A stretch of DNA of 64,000 bases from Eledone cirrhosa (lineage: Eukaryota), in NCBI GenBank assembly GCA_964016885.1, contig OZ024747.1, positions 60,140,001 to 60,204,000 of the forward strand, given 5' to 3'. This document shows positions 13,119 to 26,553 of the stretch, piece after piece. Position numbers and translations under genes: made by a program. The notes under the pieces are model-generated. The model saw only the letters and a program-made list of their open reading frames with translations, did no database searches and had not been told where the DNA came from. Every line of letters starts with the position of its first letter. Position 1 is the first letter of the stretch.

Positions 13119-14544
13119 GGATAGAGAATGTATTAGATTGATTGTGACTATTTCATTTAGTTATGATAATTTCTTAGAAGGACTGAGAATTAATTGTCAA
13201 ATCATTATAGATGAATGCATTTTATTATAGCATTATCATTCTCACCATTGATTTTATGTCCACTCCTTGATGTTGGCATGGGATGAACAGAATGTTTTCA
13301 AGCAATGTTTTATAGATGTCTGTCCTAGTGTCTAACTTTCCAGTTATCTCTTACAATATACAAGAATATTGTCTGCTTAATCTAAAATTTTGGATTAACC
13401 CTGTAATATTTCAGCATATATCATCATCATCATCACAGTTTTACATCCATCTTTCCATGCTAGCATGGATTAGACGAGTTGTCCTGTTGTGGGCAATGCT
13501 CGGTCAGATGACCATGTCTTGCTCATACAGAACTGATTTTGGCTTGATTTCTACAACTGGTTGCCCTTCCTAAGGCCAACATCCTTTACAGTGAGTCCTG
13601 GATGCTTTTTGTCGTTGCACCTTCACAACCACTTTACAGTGTGGGCTAGACAATCATAAGTGTTCTACACCTTGGGCCTCTTCAGGACGTCATTGTCGGT
13701 ATACCAGTCCCTAAATGTGATCTTGTATTACTGCAACTTGGCCCTCCTCTCATTTTCATTGTTAGTATATCAATCTCTGTTTGTGGTCTTAAATATACAA
13801 CAGCGTGGCCCTATTAATGGAATACATTCAGCTTCTGAGTGATCATTTTAGTTCTCACCATTTTTGCCTGGATCTACCTCACTCTTCTTCTTCTGCAACT
13901 ACCTTCCACTAGCATCTCCTGGCACTTCTTCACTCAACAATCACCATCCATACACATCACATAATTATATCTTCTACACTACAACTAATTCCATGTTTTC
14001 TTCCAGTTCATTCATGATCTGCTGTTCATGGACATTAACATCTCACATCTTAATATTTCAGTTCCCTACAAGATAAAAATAAATTACCAAAATAAAAGTA
14101 AACAAATCAAATCTATCTAATTGATCATCCCAATCAAACTAATCTAAACATGGAGAGAAACTAGTTGTAAAATAATGGAGATGTTCACTATTTTACTTCA
14201 TTAGTTTCACATAATATAACATTTTAAATAATTATAAATATAACATATATAATTATAAACAATTATACAGTGTTTCAGTGTGTGTGTGTGTGTCTGTGTG
14301 CGTGTGTGTGTAAGTGTGTGAATAATCTCAACTGTTTCAGTGTATATACATACATATATATATATGTGTGTATGTATGTTTGTGTGTGTTTGTGTGAATA
14401 ATCACAGCTGTTTTGGTGTATGTACATATGTGTGTGTGTGTGTGTGTGTGCATGTAGGAAGGTGTAAGTGTATGTATGATATATATATATATATATATAT
14501 ATTTATTTATATATATATATATATATGTGTGTGTGTTTGTACAT

Positions 14545-14609
14545 GTGTGTTTAGAAATGCGAGTATGTGTGTGTGTATATGTGTTTATGAAAGTGTGAGT
14601 GTATGTGTG

Positions 14610-14657
<48 letters not shown>

Positions 14658-14739
14658 TTGTATATGTGTGTTTAGAAATGTGAGTATGTGTGTGTGTGTA
14701 TATGTGTTTATGAAAGTGTGAGTGCATGTGTGATGTGTG

Positions 14740-14772
<33 letters not shown>

Positions 14773-14839
14773 TTGCATATGTGTGTTTAGAAATGTGAGT
14801 ATGTGTGTATATGTGTTTATGAAAGTGTGAGTGCATGTG

Positions 14840-14905
<66 letters not shown>
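14545..14905. repeat. ~115-120-bp microsatellite-based triplication followed by (TA)n
   Basis: TGTGTTTAGAAATG(C/T)GAGT...TTTATGAAAGTGTGAGT three times. Confidence 0.85.
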
Positions 14906-14908
<3 letters not shown>

Positions 14909-17767
14909 AACATATATATGTTAGTAAATGTGTGAATTTGTATATTTTGTTCCAGTGAAATCAAATAAAGGAAGTTTTCAATGTTTTACAAATCTACATT
15001 GTACAACAGAGAGATTAAATATTGAGGATTATGTATATGTGTGTCTACATATATGTATGTAAATACACACACACATATATTTATGTAAATACACACACAC
15101 ATATATATGTATATATATATAAATATATATATATATATACATAGACTTACAGACATGCATGTGTGGATGTATTAACATATTTATTATACATGCATATGTA
15201 CTTGCATGTTTATATATATATATATATGTATGTGATAAGTACATGTAGAAGGATAGGTGTGTGTTTGTGTGTGTGTGATATATACATGTAAAAATATAGG
15301 TGTGTTTGTGTGTGATATGAACATGTAGAAGTATGTGTAGTGAGTGAGGTAAAGTGCTAGAACCAGAAGCTACTTACATGTTCATTGTAGTAAGCTGAGA
15401 TTCACATGTAATTTGTTGAAATGTTGTGGAAATAATCCATGCTCGATCAATTCTTGTAGATGTAATCTCGATAATGGCATCAGAGATCTTGTTTACTAAG
15501 TTTTAAGCTGTTGAATTGGAGAACAAATAAATGGATATATAGATAGACAGACAGACAAATATATATGTGATGAGTATATATATATATATATATAATGAGA
15601 GAATGAGAGAGAGAGGTATACAGGTATATCAGTAGATATATGGATAGATAAACAAATAGATAGATAGATAGATAATATACAGGTAGGTAGATAGATGGAT
15701 AGACATACAGGTAAATAGAAAGATGAATAGATATGCAGGTAGATTGATGAATAGATCGATATAACACAAAGAAAACTAGATTATCTAAAATAATCAAGTT
15801 CTTTAGTGGTGAAGGATTAAAGTTAGCTAAATGCATAAGTTTAAATTTTTATGAAGAAAGATAAATTAGAAAGTAGCAAAGCTCAATTTGACTAAAGTGA
15901 TTTCAATGGAATCCTTTGAATTAGGTTCTGCAAGTGGTATATAGATTCGTCTGTGAGTGCTAGCTACAAGCGGGTTGTCTTATTTCTATAGTTTATGTTG
16001 GTCTAACACAACCTCCCTCCAGTAGTTGCAGTTCTTTCTTTATCTCGTTGCAGTTCTTTCTTTATCTCGTCTGTAAGGATCAGCATCATTAGATCATCTC
16101 TCACCACTTCTGCTCCAGTCTTTTTTATCATTCTTCTTCTGCAACTTCATTTCACAAGGATCACCTGACACTTCTTCACTCAATGATCATCATATTATAT
16201 ATCATATTATATATCAGCCGTCCTTACGAGCACAGTATTACTTATTGTCAATGAATGCTTGGACCTGTAACTCTAGAAATAGTTGTAACGGTGCTGTAGT
16301 GATATACAGCATGCTTTGGGCATTTAAAACCTTTTTAGTATTTAAACTGGCTTTATCCATCCAGAATTCTCTGAACTCTTTCTGTTCAAAACGGTCATAA
16401 CCAGCCAACCAGCCAATCATACTGGTATTGTTCTCAAAATCAATTAATAACATCATCAAAATCTCGTAGATTCCATATTATGTGAGATAAAGCCTTTGTA
16501 AATGTAAAAGTGTTAAATCTTGGTGGAGTGAATCCCTACCCCAGGTCTGAACACAGTGGATTTCTTCCAGAGAAGAAGAGGGAGACTAATGGAGAGTAAG
16601 TGAGAAAGAGTTATAGAGTAAGAATCCATTCCAGTATTGGACTGGTACTTTGTTTTACAAACTTGAAAGGATGAAAAGCAAAGTTTACCGTGGCAGGCTT
16701 CGAACTCAGAGCATAGAGAGTCAAAAGAAATACTACCAAGCATTATACAGATTGTTTTAATGACTCTGTGTACCTATAATCAATATATAACTAATATTGA
16801 TAGTGGTATTACTGTATATTTAATTGACATTCACTTAGATAACTTTCTTGGGTCACAGTAACTTGAATGTGACTAATATTAATTATTTAGAGCACTTTAG
16901 TATAAATATTATCACCTTCAGTGACTGTAATGTCTTTTTTTTTTATTGACCTCAAAAAGATAAAAGATAAAGTTGACCTCAGCTGGATTTGAACTCAGAG
17001 AGTCTAGAGAGCTGGAATGCATTGTGTCCAACATGGTCGATAAAAAAAATGTACCAGTTCAGTACTGGAGTTAATTCTTTCTCTAGATCTCTTTCTCGGG
17101 GTGGAAAATGGATGTAAAATGGATGTAAAATGGTGATGATGATGATGAGGCATGCGATATGTCATGATGGTACCCTTTCAACTCCATCAGGAGTTACAGG
17201 TCCATACATACAACTGTAATATTGCTAATGGTATTAAGTTATATAACACTGTTCTCTGGCAGTGATGTAGCTATCTTTGTGATATATCACTGATTACTTT
17301 AAATATCATACAACAAACTCTGACCTAGGCAACCTGCTGTTAAAACAAGCCAGTAAGAAAAGCCTCAATGTGCTTGCTTGATCTGTTAGAAATAGAAGTC
17401 AAATTTTTCTCAAAATTTCTCCAAAAATGTATATAACAAAATAGAGTAAATATCGGACTTCTTTGAAAATACATAATTGATTTTATTGCTAAGAATTTCA
17501 GCAATGTCTGGTTCTATAGTTCTACTGACCAGTCAAAATATTAGCATTTCATGGAAATGGCATTGGTATTATGTAGGGACAGGAGAAGAATATGGTGTAT
17601 TAGTCAGGGGATCTGGAGGTCATTTATCTTCTGAGATCATCATAATCATGAGATATCCGGTCAAAATTATTGATCCTCTATTATGTGTATATCTGAATGT
17701 ATAAACATACATACCTACAATTTATATATCATCATCATCGTTTAATGTCCATCTTCCACGCTTGCAT

Positions 17768-17834
<67 letters not shown>

Positions 17835-18121
17835 TACATAACTTCAATTTAGGTTTATATATATATATAAATATACATACCTTCAATTTATGTATATATA
17901 TATATAATCATACATACCTCTCGTATATATATATATATATATACATACACACACATGCACACATACTCACACATATACAAGTGCATATATTCATGCATAT
18001 GCAAACACATGTATGTAAGTCTGTATATCCCTATACATACATATATATATAACTAGATACTTAGTAAAATCGAATCTTTGGCGGTGTGCAAGCAAATTCA
18101 ACCTACTATGAGAATGAGTTA

Positions 18122-18164
<43 letters not shown>

Positions 18165-18165
<1 letters not shown>

Positions 18166-18368
18166 CTCACCGACATCCAGAGTCGACATTGCACTCAGTG
18201 CTCCTTTGGGAGCCCCTACATGGACACACTGGAAGAGGAAGACCAAGGTTGACGTATGTTGATGCCCTAAAGTCAGACACTGGTCTGTTGGAGACATGGC
18301 AGCGATAATGAGGGACAGAGACCGCTGGAGAGAACTCGTCCATGGATCTTGGGAATTTTACCCGCCTT

Positions 18369-18370
<2 letters not shown>
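18165..18370 (+). mobile_element. RTE-clade LINE 3' end inserted in (TA)n
   Basis: Manual translation HRHPESTLHSVLLWEPLHGHTGRGRPRLTYVDALKSDTG...MRDRDRWRELV, a typical RTE C-terminus. Confidence 0.78.
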
Positions 18371-18411
<41 letters not shown>

Positions 18412-18644
18412 TGTTACCATAAATATCTATGTGTGTGTAAGACATGAGCAGAAATGGTTAGAGATGATCTATAAATGCTAGTCTTCGGGGTGGAGATGAT
18501 GAAAGAACATAGGAATGCAGGGAAATGGTATTGGAGAGGAGACCTGTCTGACCCATGCTAGCATGGAAAATGATGATGCATATTGGTATATAACTATAAT
18601 ATATATGTGTGTGTGTGTGTTTATATATATACACATATATATAT

Positions 18645-18785
18645 GAACAAAGAAGGTGTGGTAAGATACCAGGTGGGCCATAACGCACCAGAGTACTCAA
18701 TGCTTGGGGTAGTAGAGTGGGTAATAGGAAAAGATTCAGAGCCCCAATGGCTCAGCTCCAGTCATTTTGACAGCTAGATCTGAAC
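18645..18785 (-). mobile_element. (TA)n-anchored short element, probable Penelope-like remnant
   Basis: Homologous to 19609-19812, 19861-20068 and 39591-39780. Confidence 0.7.
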
Positions 18786-18791
18786 CAAATC

Positions 18792-18878
<87 letters not shown>

Positions 18879-18969
18879 GATTTGGTTAGATTTAATTAAA
18901 AAACACTGTTCTATACATAGAGCACTCTTTTTTCCTTTGCTTTTCCTTTGGAATTACATAACACACATA

Positions 18970-19337
18970 TCATCATCATCATTTCATTTTACATCCACTT
19001 TTTCCTGCTTGCAAGGGTGGGATGGGAACTGATTCTGGCTTGATTTCTCTAGCTGGATGCCCTTCCTAACACCAACCTCATTTACAGTGAGTGCTGGGTG
19101 CTTTTTTGCCGTGGCACCTCCACGACCACTTTGCAGTGGAATGATATGGACCCCAGTCCCTATCATCTCACTTCTACAGCTGAGTAAACTGGAGCAAAGT
19201 GAAATAAAGTGTCTTGCTCAAGGAAACAACACATCACCCAGTCTGAGAATTGAACTAACAACCTTTCGATTGCAAGGCCAATGCTCTAACCACTAAGCCA
19301 CTACTCTAACCACTAAGCCAAAGCTCTAACCACTTCA
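18970..19337 (-). mobile_element. tRNA-SINE family B (CORE-like domain, RTE-type tail)
   Basis: Minus strand TGGCTTAGTGG A box, GTTCAATTC B box, CCTTGAGCAAGACACTT CORE-like motif, GGAAGGGCATCCAGCT, tail CCCTTGCAAGCAGG..(ATG)n. Confidence 0.88.
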
Positions 19338-19379
<42 letters not shown>

Positions 19380-19608
19380 TGAGGACGTGTGGCTGAGTGG
19401 TTAGAGAATTGGATTTGCAATTGTGAGGTTGTGAGTTCGATTTCTGGACCAGGTGATGCGTTATGTCCTTGAGCAAGACACTTTATTTCACATTGCTCCT
19501 TCTACTTGGAGTGGCGACCAATAGATAGTATTAGCAATTGGAAAGACCAACAGAAACATTGTTTCCTCGGTCTGATTTGATGAATCGAATGTTGATATAT
19601 GTTGTTAT

Positions 19609-19812
19609 ATGAAAAGATTCAGGACCCCAACAGCTGAGCTCCATTCGTTTTGACAGCTAGATCTGACAGCCCGTTTGGATCTAGCTGTCAAAACAGCTGG
19701 AGCTGGGCCATTGGGGTCCTGATTTTTTCCTATTACCCACTCTACTACCCCAAGCATTGAGTACTCTGGTGCATTATGCTCCACCTGGTATCTTACCACA
19801 CCCTCTTTGTTT
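19609..19812 (+). mobile_element. (TA)n-anchored hairpin element, probable Penelope-like remnant
   Basis: Imperfect fold-back around GACAGCTAGATC..GATCTAGCTGTC plus a unique tail ending at (TA)n. Confidence 0.72.
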
Positions 19813-19823
19813 ATATATATATA

Positions 19824-19860
<37 letters not shown>

Positions 19861-19862
<2 letters not shown>

Positions 19863-20063
19863 CAAAGGAAATGTGGTAAGGAACCAGGTGGACCATAACG
19901 CACCAAAGTACTCAATACTTAGGGTAGTAGAGTGGGTAATAGGAACGAGTAGGGCCCCGACGGCTGAGCTCAAGCTGTTTCGACGGCTAATTCTGGACTA
20001 AAATCTTAGTCCAGAATTAGCCGTCGAAACGGCTTGAGCACAGCCATCAGGGTCCTACTCGTT

Positions 20064-20068
<5 letters not shown>
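19861..20068 (-). mobile_element. (TA)n-anchored hairpin element, probable Penelope-like remnant
   Basis: Inverted repeat 19939-20068 plus ~78-bp unique tail; close sister at 39591-39780. Confidence 0.75.
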
Positions 20069-20127
<59 letters not shown>

Positions 20128-21670
20128 TAAAATCTTGAGTGTAGCACCAAGCGGTTGGGGTTTTACATATCTCTAAACCCATGCTACATCTCCTCATGTA
20201 TTGAGTACTCCTATGATTAGTGGTCTCCCCGGTCTCACCACTGCAAACTCTCTCTCTTTATATATCTGTTAGAACACGAAAAGTGTGAAACAACAGAATG
20301 TTCACTTTTCGTGTTCTAACATATATGCCTAGCTTCTTTAAAAATTTTTCGGGGATAGCCGTGGTGGTGGTGATCGTATGTCATTGGCTAATTTTCAACC
20401 AATCAGAGTACCTCTCTCTATATCTCTTCCACTGTTACTTACGCCTGTTTCTCTCTATCTGTTCCGTCTCTATATATATCTCTTACTCTTTCGCTTTGCA
20501 CTCCTCCCCTTCAATACCATCTCTCCCCCTCTCTATATATTTGTTACTCTATCGCTGCACGCTCCTCTCCTTCAATATATCAATTACACACGCTTTACAC
20601 TCCTTTATCCCCAGCGCCCCTATATATACACCCCCCCCCCTCCCGCATCTATATTTTAATGTACCGTTGCACCGTGAATATATGTGTCTATATATATATA
20701 CATATATATTGTATATACACATTCATGTATGTGTATACACAATCATGTATGTATATACACTGGTTTTATGTGTGTATTGTAAATTTGTACTGTTAAAACA
20801 CGAAACTAACATTCGATTGACACTTTGATTACCTGTACAGGCAATAGTTATTAGAATGCTGTTGAAGTGTGTATATATTTTGGGGGGACATCCTGTATAT
20901 ACACACATTATATATAATACAATAAACAGATAAATACACACATATATATATGAGCTTATTTAATTATAAATATTGTGAATTTTTAACTCAGTTCAATTAT
21001 ATATATAAATGGCTTCTACAGGACTAGAACTGTTTCATTCGAAAGAAATCATCATAATATTGAGAGGGGGGACTAGATAAAATATTTCAAATCAAATGTG
21101 TATAAGTTATAAGTTAAAATGTATAAATAGAGACGATAGTGGAGGTATATCTGTTTAGTGGAACAGTAGACGATAGAATTAAATACAGACGAGAATCTCC
21201 CTTTAATGAAACAGCAGACGATAGAATTAAGGCAATTTAAATTTTAAGCATTTGCATTTTTGCCTTTCATCGTTACGGGGTCGATAAAATAAAGTACCAG
21301 TAATACACTGTCACTAGACGACTTTCAAATTGAATTGTTGGTTCCATTTCTTTAGTATTTTCAATTGTAGTTATCTACTTAAAAAGCGTTACACGGTTAG
21401 AGACATAATTGGTAAGTTATATCTTCCCTATTAAACCATTGCATTATTTCGCCTACAATAGAACAAAAATGAAATGTTCTTTAAAGAAACAGGAATATAA
21501 CTTTATAAAAAAAAAAGTTGCATCCGCTTCTTTTATCATTGATAATTTTTTCGTTTTAATATTAATTGTTTTTTGTAGTTGTTTATATTAAAAATCTTAC
21601 TGTAATATTTACTTAAACGAAGGCAGACATCTAAACTTATAGATTAATCTTGAGCGAAGGACTAGATAAA

Positions 21671-21779
<109 letters not shown>

Positions 21780-23002
21780 GAAGAATGATAACATTTCAAG
21801 CAAAGAGTTTAATTAGGTAATGACTTACAAATTTGTTTCAGTATATAGACAAAGCCTGAAGCGCTAATTATAATAATTAGTTAATAATATTACAAAATAT
21901 ATTAATATTATATTAAATATATACTGAAACCAATCAGTTTAGCAGAAAGTTTCCAGACAAGAAACACGCATATTTTGCTATCCTCAAACACGTTTACACA
22001 TGGCATGAAATATAACTAATCCGAGATGGCTAGGTTTCATCTTCTAACTGGATATACGAAATCCATTATGTCTTGACAACAACATGAGGTAACATTATGT
22101 TATTCACAGACACACTTTGTACACTGTTCCATATCAGAATGTATTTCCTTCGTCACATTCACAAACAGTATTGAAAATATGTTCTTCGGCAAATAAAAAT
22201 GTTTTGTTCATAATATTTCAACTAGCGATTGCTCTACTCCACGCACGACCACCATAAATTAATGACCAGCTCAACACAAGTATTGGTAGAGCGTCAGACA
22301 CCATGCTTTGCAGTATTGTTATGGTCCTTTGCATTCTAAGTTCAAATCCTGCCGAGGTTAACTTCGACTTTCATACTTACTAATTCGATAAAATAAAGTA
22401 CCAGTAATGGACTGCCGTAATGGATTTGTGCCGAAAAATAGAAACACTATTAATGTGCAATAAGAGCAAAATATAACGACATTGCTCAATTATTTTATCT
22501 AATGTTGTAATAACACAAGGAAATGTTGTTTGTGTATTTTTTTTTATATTTGCTCATAGGCTTTTACAATTTCGCTCAGCCAACAACTATTAAAAAGTGA
22601 GTTGCTTAAAATAACAATTTAATCACAAATTGTTGCTATCTTTTAATACACTCCAACAAGTCGTCAAATTATGTACAATAAAAACAAATCTTATTAATTT
22701 GCTCAGGGAATATAAAGAAAATGTATATACACTGATAATTGCAATTGTATGTAAATATTTTGTTTTTGTATTGTATATTTTATGTTTTCTATTATGTATA
22801 ATATATTGATTTAATATTGATTGTTTTTTGTAGTTGTTTATATTAAAAGTCTGAAAATATTTTTATACATCTTACACTAATATTTATAAGATAATTTATA
22901 ATAACAATTACATAATCTAATTACATTACAACGATAATTTATTATTAATATATATCCTGTTTAACTAGAGTTATTACAAGCGTTACCTTAAAAAAATATT
23001 AA

Positions 23003-23959
23003 ACTAGACATGAAAAATGCGCAAGCTCAAAAGTGCCACAGAATGTTATAATAAACCTTCAAAAGTGTGGGACTAGAGTTGTTGCTAAAAAATATTGTAA
23101 TCATTATATATCGTACATTCTGTGGCATCCTTTATAAAAATAGCTTAAACCAACGAAGCCTTTATTTTTACGCTATTTCACTTAGTTAATTCTTAGAGTG
23201 TAACATATAAAAATAAATACATCTATGTTTAATGTAATAACAGCTATAAATAATTACGTAATATTATTATCATATACTCATAGTAACAAAATAATTGTGT
23301 TGAAACTTAATATGATGCTTATATGAACGATCAAATCTATAATGATAATTTCTTAAATATACTAATAGTAAAATAATTTAGTTATCTATTGTTACATTTT
23401 CATAGAACTATAATATTAACAATCGTATTGCATTATCAAATTTTTATCACTACAAACTTTCATATTGGAATTACCTTAAGCCACTTATTATTACTTCGCT
23501 TTCGTACTTTTACAGCTGTAGATATTGCGCTGTATCTTATATCTAATATCAATATCTCGTGGTAATTTGCATGAAGTGTAAAATAGGTTTATTAATAACT
23601 TTAATATGAAATGTATTATACAGGGCTGCGGAGTCGGCCAAAAATTGACTGGCTCCAACTCAGGATCCGATACTCCATTATTTCCTAAATTTCAGCTCCG
23701 CAGCTCTGTTATTATATTAATTAATTTATTTTATAGTTGTAAATCATATTTTTATATGTTACACTCTAAGAATTAACTAAGTGAAATAGCGTAAAAATAA
23801 AGGCTTCGTTGGTTTAAGCTATTTTTATAAAGGATGCCACAGAATGTACGATATATAATGATTACAATATTTTTTAGCAACAACTCTAGTCCCACACTTT
23901 TGAAGGTTTATTATAACATTCTGTGGCACTTTTGAGCTTGCGCATTTTTCATGTCTAGT
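23003..23959. mobile_element. Foldback/MITE-like element with 213-bp terminal inverted repeats
   Basis: 23003-23215 is the reverse complement of 23747-23959 (ACTAGACATG...CATGTCTAGT); no clear TSD. Confidence 0.85.
23621..23708. mobile_element. 88-bp hAT-type MITE inside the foldback element
   Basis: TIR CAGGGCTGCGGAG / CTCCGCAGCTCTG; 8-bp TSD GTATTATA / TTATTATA. Confidence 0.8.
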
Positions 23960-24158
23960 ATATATATGTGTGTGTGTGTATATATATGTGTATAAGTGTG
24001 TGTGTGTGTATATATATGTGTATATGTGTGTGTGTGTGTATATATATGTGTGTGTGTGTATATATATATATGTATGTGTGTATACATGTGTATATGTATA
24101 TATATGTGTATGTGTGTATATATGTGTATATATGCATGTGTGTGTATATATATATATA

Positions 24159-24189
<31 letters not shown>

Positions 24190-24609
24190 GTATGTATAAA
24201 CACACACACACGTATATTGTTATGTATGTGTGTGTTTGTATGTGTATATGTTGCTATATCAGTATTCAGGTCTTGTTGCTTCTCAACAACATTCATACGG
24301 CATAAATCTAACTTAATGTCTCTACAGAAATGGCTTTCCCTATTGTCTACAATATGACAATCCTACTTCTTCCATCCCGGATCAGTTTGTCTGGCCATTC
24401 CCTCCTCCCTCCCTCACCTACTAGGTGTCCGCTCTGTTCTGTGTGGTATAGCAACTTAATCTGCTGTCACAACCATTTGCTTTGTCTCAGAGAAAATTCT
24501 TTAAAATTAGAATCAATAAACCATCTACTACCTCACATCTATATATATATATATATAAATATGTATGTGTGTGTGTGTATATATATATATGTGCATGTGT
24601 GTGTGTATA

Positions 24610-24990
24610 TCATCATCATCATCATCGTTTAACGTCCATGTTCCACGCTTGCATGGGTTTGGACGGGGGTTTTCCCACTTGAGGCAAGAGTGGTTGTCTT
24701 GCTCGCATAGGACTGTCTGGCGGGTTTTCTACGGCTGGATGCCCTTCCTAACACCAACCACATTTACAGTGTGGAACTGGGAGGTTTTTACCGTGTTGCC
24801 TACATGGCCACATTTACAGCGTGGACTGTGTGTTTTTTTTGTCGTGACACCTACACGACCTCATTTGTTTCGGGCTGGATGTTGTTACACCAACATAACT
24901 TTACATTGAAGGGGTGGTGTGGATAGGGTGGGGGTAGTGGGACGGGGTGTATTTTGTTAGAGGTGCACTTTGTACTTAGGTAAGGCGGGT
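24610..24990 (-). mobile_element. SINE family B-related 3' portion
   Basis: GGATGCCCTTCCTAACACCAAC core and (CAT)n tail; close copy at 62880-63190. Confidence 0.8.
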
Positions 24991-25714
24991 CTTCTCTATT
25001 ACTGTGTATATATATATATATATATATATATTTGTATGCAAACAATACAGTACATTGAAGAAATATATTAGTTTAACGCTTGATATAGGAAGGAAAGGGC
25101 TTTTATGTTTTGGACACTAGTCCTTCATCAGTACATAAAATGAGAAATATAAGATGAAATAGAAAGTCAAATTAAGAGGAGGAAGGAATGGAAAATGGTA
25201 TTTTGAAGTAAAAGCTCAGGTGTCAGCCATTTTTTATATATTTATAAAGGGTAAGAGCCTCTTCAGTCATAAATGACCATGCATTTGCATATAGCAGGTA
25301 CAATTTCGACATGCAAGCCTGAGAAAAGTGCTTTTGTGAAGATCAGCAGTTGCTCATGCATGAAAGTCTCCCTTCTGCACACCATCAATGTTGTCAGAGG
25401 GAAAGGCAAAAGCTGATATTACTTTGTACCAGTGATGTCACAACTCATTTTTCTAGCTGAGTGAAGTGGGGCAGCATGAAATAAAGTGTCTTACCCAAGG
25501 GCACAATGAATAGCTCTAATCAAAATCACAAACTTACTCTTTTAATTTCAATGCTCAAACCACTACGCCATACAACATCAGAATCTTACACCAAAGATGA
25601 TTGAGTTGCGTCACATTGAGTGCTTTTTATACTCATGCATCATGGTTAACTACACATAACTAGATAGAATGACATTTTCTATCCAGTGGTGAACCACCAA
25701 CTTCAATGTATGTG

Positions 25715-25745
<31 letters not shown>

Positions 25746-26167
25746 TTTTTCGGTGCGCCTGGCCAACTAACTCACTCGATATGCAAATTAGGCTGCTCAG
25801 CCGTTAATATGCATAAGGAAAGTATATACTTTCAAACGTTCAACCATCTGACAGAAAGGTATACGATGCTGACGATAGCTAATAAGCTTGAAACTAGTAC
25901 ATCGTTCCTGTGTCAGTGTTGAACAAACAGGTGACGATGGTTGCCTGAACACTGTACGGCGTAATTCGGGTTGTTTGTTATAATAAATGTTCGGTAAACC
26001 CATCCGTACATATATATATATGTGCATGTATGTATATATATACATACTACTGTACGTCTGTATACATACATGTACGTACGTATACATACATACTTACATT
26101 TAAGTACCAGCCATACTAAGAGTGAGAAATGAAATTTCGTTCTATTCTTTTCCATTTATATGGAAAA

Positions 26168-26443
26168 GACCGGGTGATGTGTTGTTTCCTTGAGCAAGAC
26201 ACTTTATTTCACATTGCTCCAGTTTACTCAGCTGTAGAAATGAGATGATAGGGACTTGGGTCCATATCATTCCACTGTAAAGTGGTCGTGGAGGTGCCAC
26301 GGCAAAAAAGTACCCAGCACTCACTGTAAATGAGGTTGGTGTTAGGAAGGGCATCCAGCTGTAGAAATCAAGCCAGAATCAGTTCCCATCCCACCCTTGC
26401 AATCAGGGAAAAGTGAACGTAAAATGATGATGATGATGATGAT
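26168..26443 (+). mobile_element. tRNA-SINE family B, 5'-truncated
   Basis: CCTTGAGCAAGACACTTTATTTCAC ... GGAAGGGCATCCAGCTGTAGAAA ... CCCACCCTTGCAA..(ATG)n. Confidence 0.88.
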
Positions 26444-26553
26444 ATATATATATTAATTAATTACAAATATTAGAGTTAAAAATATGCAAATTAGTATGAT
26501 CATTCATATATATCGATGTTTTAGTGTAGGATTATTTTCTTTATCTTTACTAG

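Noticed and set aside
25755-26020. CpG-richer patch with an octamer motif ATGCAAAT
   Set aside because: A short motif is expected by chance in AT-rich DNA; no snRNA or promoter evidence
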